Of a stretch of 17,943 nt of DNA, positions 16,665 through 17,943 are shown piece after piece. Each line of letters begins with the position of its first letter. Within the stretch, counting starts at the first letter, position 1. Origin of the DNA: Pseudomonadota bacterium (GTDB taxonomy: Bacteria; Bdellovibrionota; FAC87; UBA2466); NCBI GenBank assembly GCA_043718025.1, contig JAYSWN010000219.1:1-17943 (forward strand). Direction: 5' to 3'. The translations under genes and the position numbers were made by a program. A model generated the notes under the pieces. The model saw only the letters and a list, made by a program, of their open reading frames with translations, had not been told where the DNA came from and did no database searches.

Positions 16665-17606
16665 ATGGAATTCAGCCTACCGAAACGGCGCAAGGCCCTG
16701 TCTTTTCCGGCTAAAGGGAAGATTCAGGGGCAGTGCCTAACCACCTTTCTCGAAGGCGTTCACTTCGACCTGCTTTACGCCACGCCACGTGAAGTCGCCT
16801 ACAAAGCGACGGTGACGGCGGTGTCTGAACTTGCTGCACAGGGGGCAAGCCCCGAGCATTTGCATGTTCAGTGTGCCCTGAAGCAAGACTCAAATGAGCA
16901 TTTGGTCATGGAGTTAGAAAGCGGCGTGCAGGAGGTGGCCCGCCGTTTTAAATTGAACTTCGATTTTTGTGTGAGCGGCATTAGCCCCACCGCAGTTTTG
17001 TTGCAAACTTTGGTGTCCGGAAGTTTTTTGAACAAACAGAAGAAGAACGTACCCAAAATCAATGATCTTATCGTCGTAACCGGCGCGTTGGGCGGGGCCG
17101 CCGCCGGACTAAACTGCCTTCGCCACTTGGGCCGTCACGCTTTGTCGGATAACGAAGCTTTGGCTTTGGCCTACCTCAAACCATTCGCCCGCATCGACGA
17201 AGCCAAATTGTTACACGGCAAAAAATTGGTTAGTGAAGTGTTAGATTTACAGGATGGCCTGGCCGCCGAATTGAATCGAATTACAAATGAATACCACTTA
17301 GGCGCACAGATCGAAGAGAGTGCCGTGCCGATCTCGCCCCTGGCGGTTCGCGCTGGCCAGCTAATCGGCGTAACGCCCGAACGCTGGAGCCTGTTCGGAT
17401 CCGAAGACTTTGAACTGCTGTTTTTTTGTAACCAAACCCAATTTCAAGCCGCCCAAAAGGCGTTAAAAAAAATGGGCTGCCAGGCCCACGCCATCGGCAC
17501 CCTAAAGGCCCCTTCCTTCGGCGTTAAAATGAGAGATATCCATGGTTTAAACCACACCCTGCCGCCTCGCCAGTGGCACCCCCTTGTCAAACGACGCCGG
17601 GCCTGA
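16665..17606 (+). CDS. ThiL (thiamine-monophosphate kinase)-fold protein, degenerate active site
   Basis: LEGVHF, AYKA...SELAAQGASP, DLIVVTGALGGAAAGL, DLQDGLAAEL, GSEDFELLF and a terminal WH align with ThiL. The GDD, TD, SD and GGD aspartates are absent or replaced. Confidence 0.85.
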   Translation: MEFSLPKRRKALSFPAKGKIQGQCLTTFLEGVHFDLLYATPREVAYKATVTAVSELAAQGASPEHLHVQCALKQDSNEHLVMELESGVQEVARRFKLNFDFCVSGISPTAVLLQTLVSGSFLNKQKKNVPKINDLIVVTGALGGAAAGLNCLRHLGRHALSDNEALALAYLKPFARIDEAKLLHGKKLVSEVLDLQDGLAAELNRITNEYHLGAQIEESAVPISPLAVRAGQLIGVTPERWSLFGSEDFELLFFCNQTQFQAAQKALKKMGCQAHAIGTLKAPSFGVKMRDIHGLNHTLPPRQWHPLVKRRRA

Positions 17607-17625
17607 CCGAAGCCCGGATTCTTTA
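17597..17625 (+). terminator. Weak terminator candidate at the end of the ThiL-like gene
   Basis: CCGGGC (17597-17602) / GCCCGG (17612-17617) stem followed by ATTCTTT. Confidence 0.3.
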
Positions 17626-17771
17626 TGACGGCGAGTGATTCGCGCCATGCAGCGGAGGCGCAATTTACTTTGCCATCGACCACTTTCATTTGGTTCCCCT
17701 TTCATGTCCTAATGTCATCGTCGGAGGTTCTTTTTTGCGCGAGGCTTCGATTGGACTTGGCGGTGTCCTAA

Positions 17772-17943
17772 GAGGGTGTCTCAAAAGTGGTATTTCGCCG
17801 TCATGGCGAAGGCGCACGCAGTGCGGCTGAAGCAACCCTTTCACTATGAGTGAAGAGGGACGTCGACAAAACCAAGCAGGCCAAAGGTTGCCGCGCCTGC
17901 TACGCAATGACAGGAACGCGGCTCTACATAAGGTTTTGAGACA
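17772..17943. mobile_element. MITE-like non-autonomous element (right end truncated by the window) enclosing a palindromic repeat
   Basis: TGTCTCAAAA (17777-17786) is the exact reverse complement of TTTTGAGACA (17934-17943). Internal nested inverted repeats: GTCATGGCG/CGCAATGAC and GCAACC/GGTTGC. Confidence 0.6.

Noticed and set aside
446..17062. Numerous 60-150 aa shadow ORFs in the six-frame track
   Set aside because: They are nested in or antisense to well-supported genes and lack recognisable motifs.
17686..17907. 73-aa minus-strand ORF as a transposase fragment
   Set aside because: It runs through the palindromic element and has no DDE or HUH motifs.
1..17943. CRISPR array, tRNA/rRNA, defence or phage genes
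   Set aside because: No regularly spaced repeats, cloverleaf or rRNA signatures, or such protein motifs were seen by eye. A covariance-model scan would be needed to exclude small RNAs.

Overview
Bacterial chromosomal window of roughly mid GC content. Its many orphan secreted proteins and sigma-28-like promoter motifs are reminiscent of Bdellovibrionota/Oligoflexia, but that lineage is an inference. Left: a MAPEG membrane protein coupled to a secreted DmpA/S58 peptidase, facing a C45-family Ntn hydrolase with TPRs and a secreted DxDxDG protein, then an orphan secreted gene. Centre: a divergent redox cluster. Leftward are a GMC oxidoreductase, a small partner subunit and a fold-type III PLP enzyme. 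Rightward are a phytoene-dehydrogenase-like flavoprotein, a Rieske oxygenase alpha subunit without a reductase, and a secreted mini-catalase. Right: a secreted HEXXH protein, Sua5/TsaC, purK-purE, a ThiL-fold protein lacking most canonical catalytic residues, and a structured MITE-like element cut by the window edge. Best leads: (1) a possible GMC/PLP-aldolase amino-alcohol (sphingoid base) catabolic module; (2) a probable ThiL pseudo-kinase; (3) sigma-28-like promoters, two of them apparently leaderless and one nested in a terminator hairpin; (4) the composite MITE. No rRNA, tRNA or CRISPR array was recognised.
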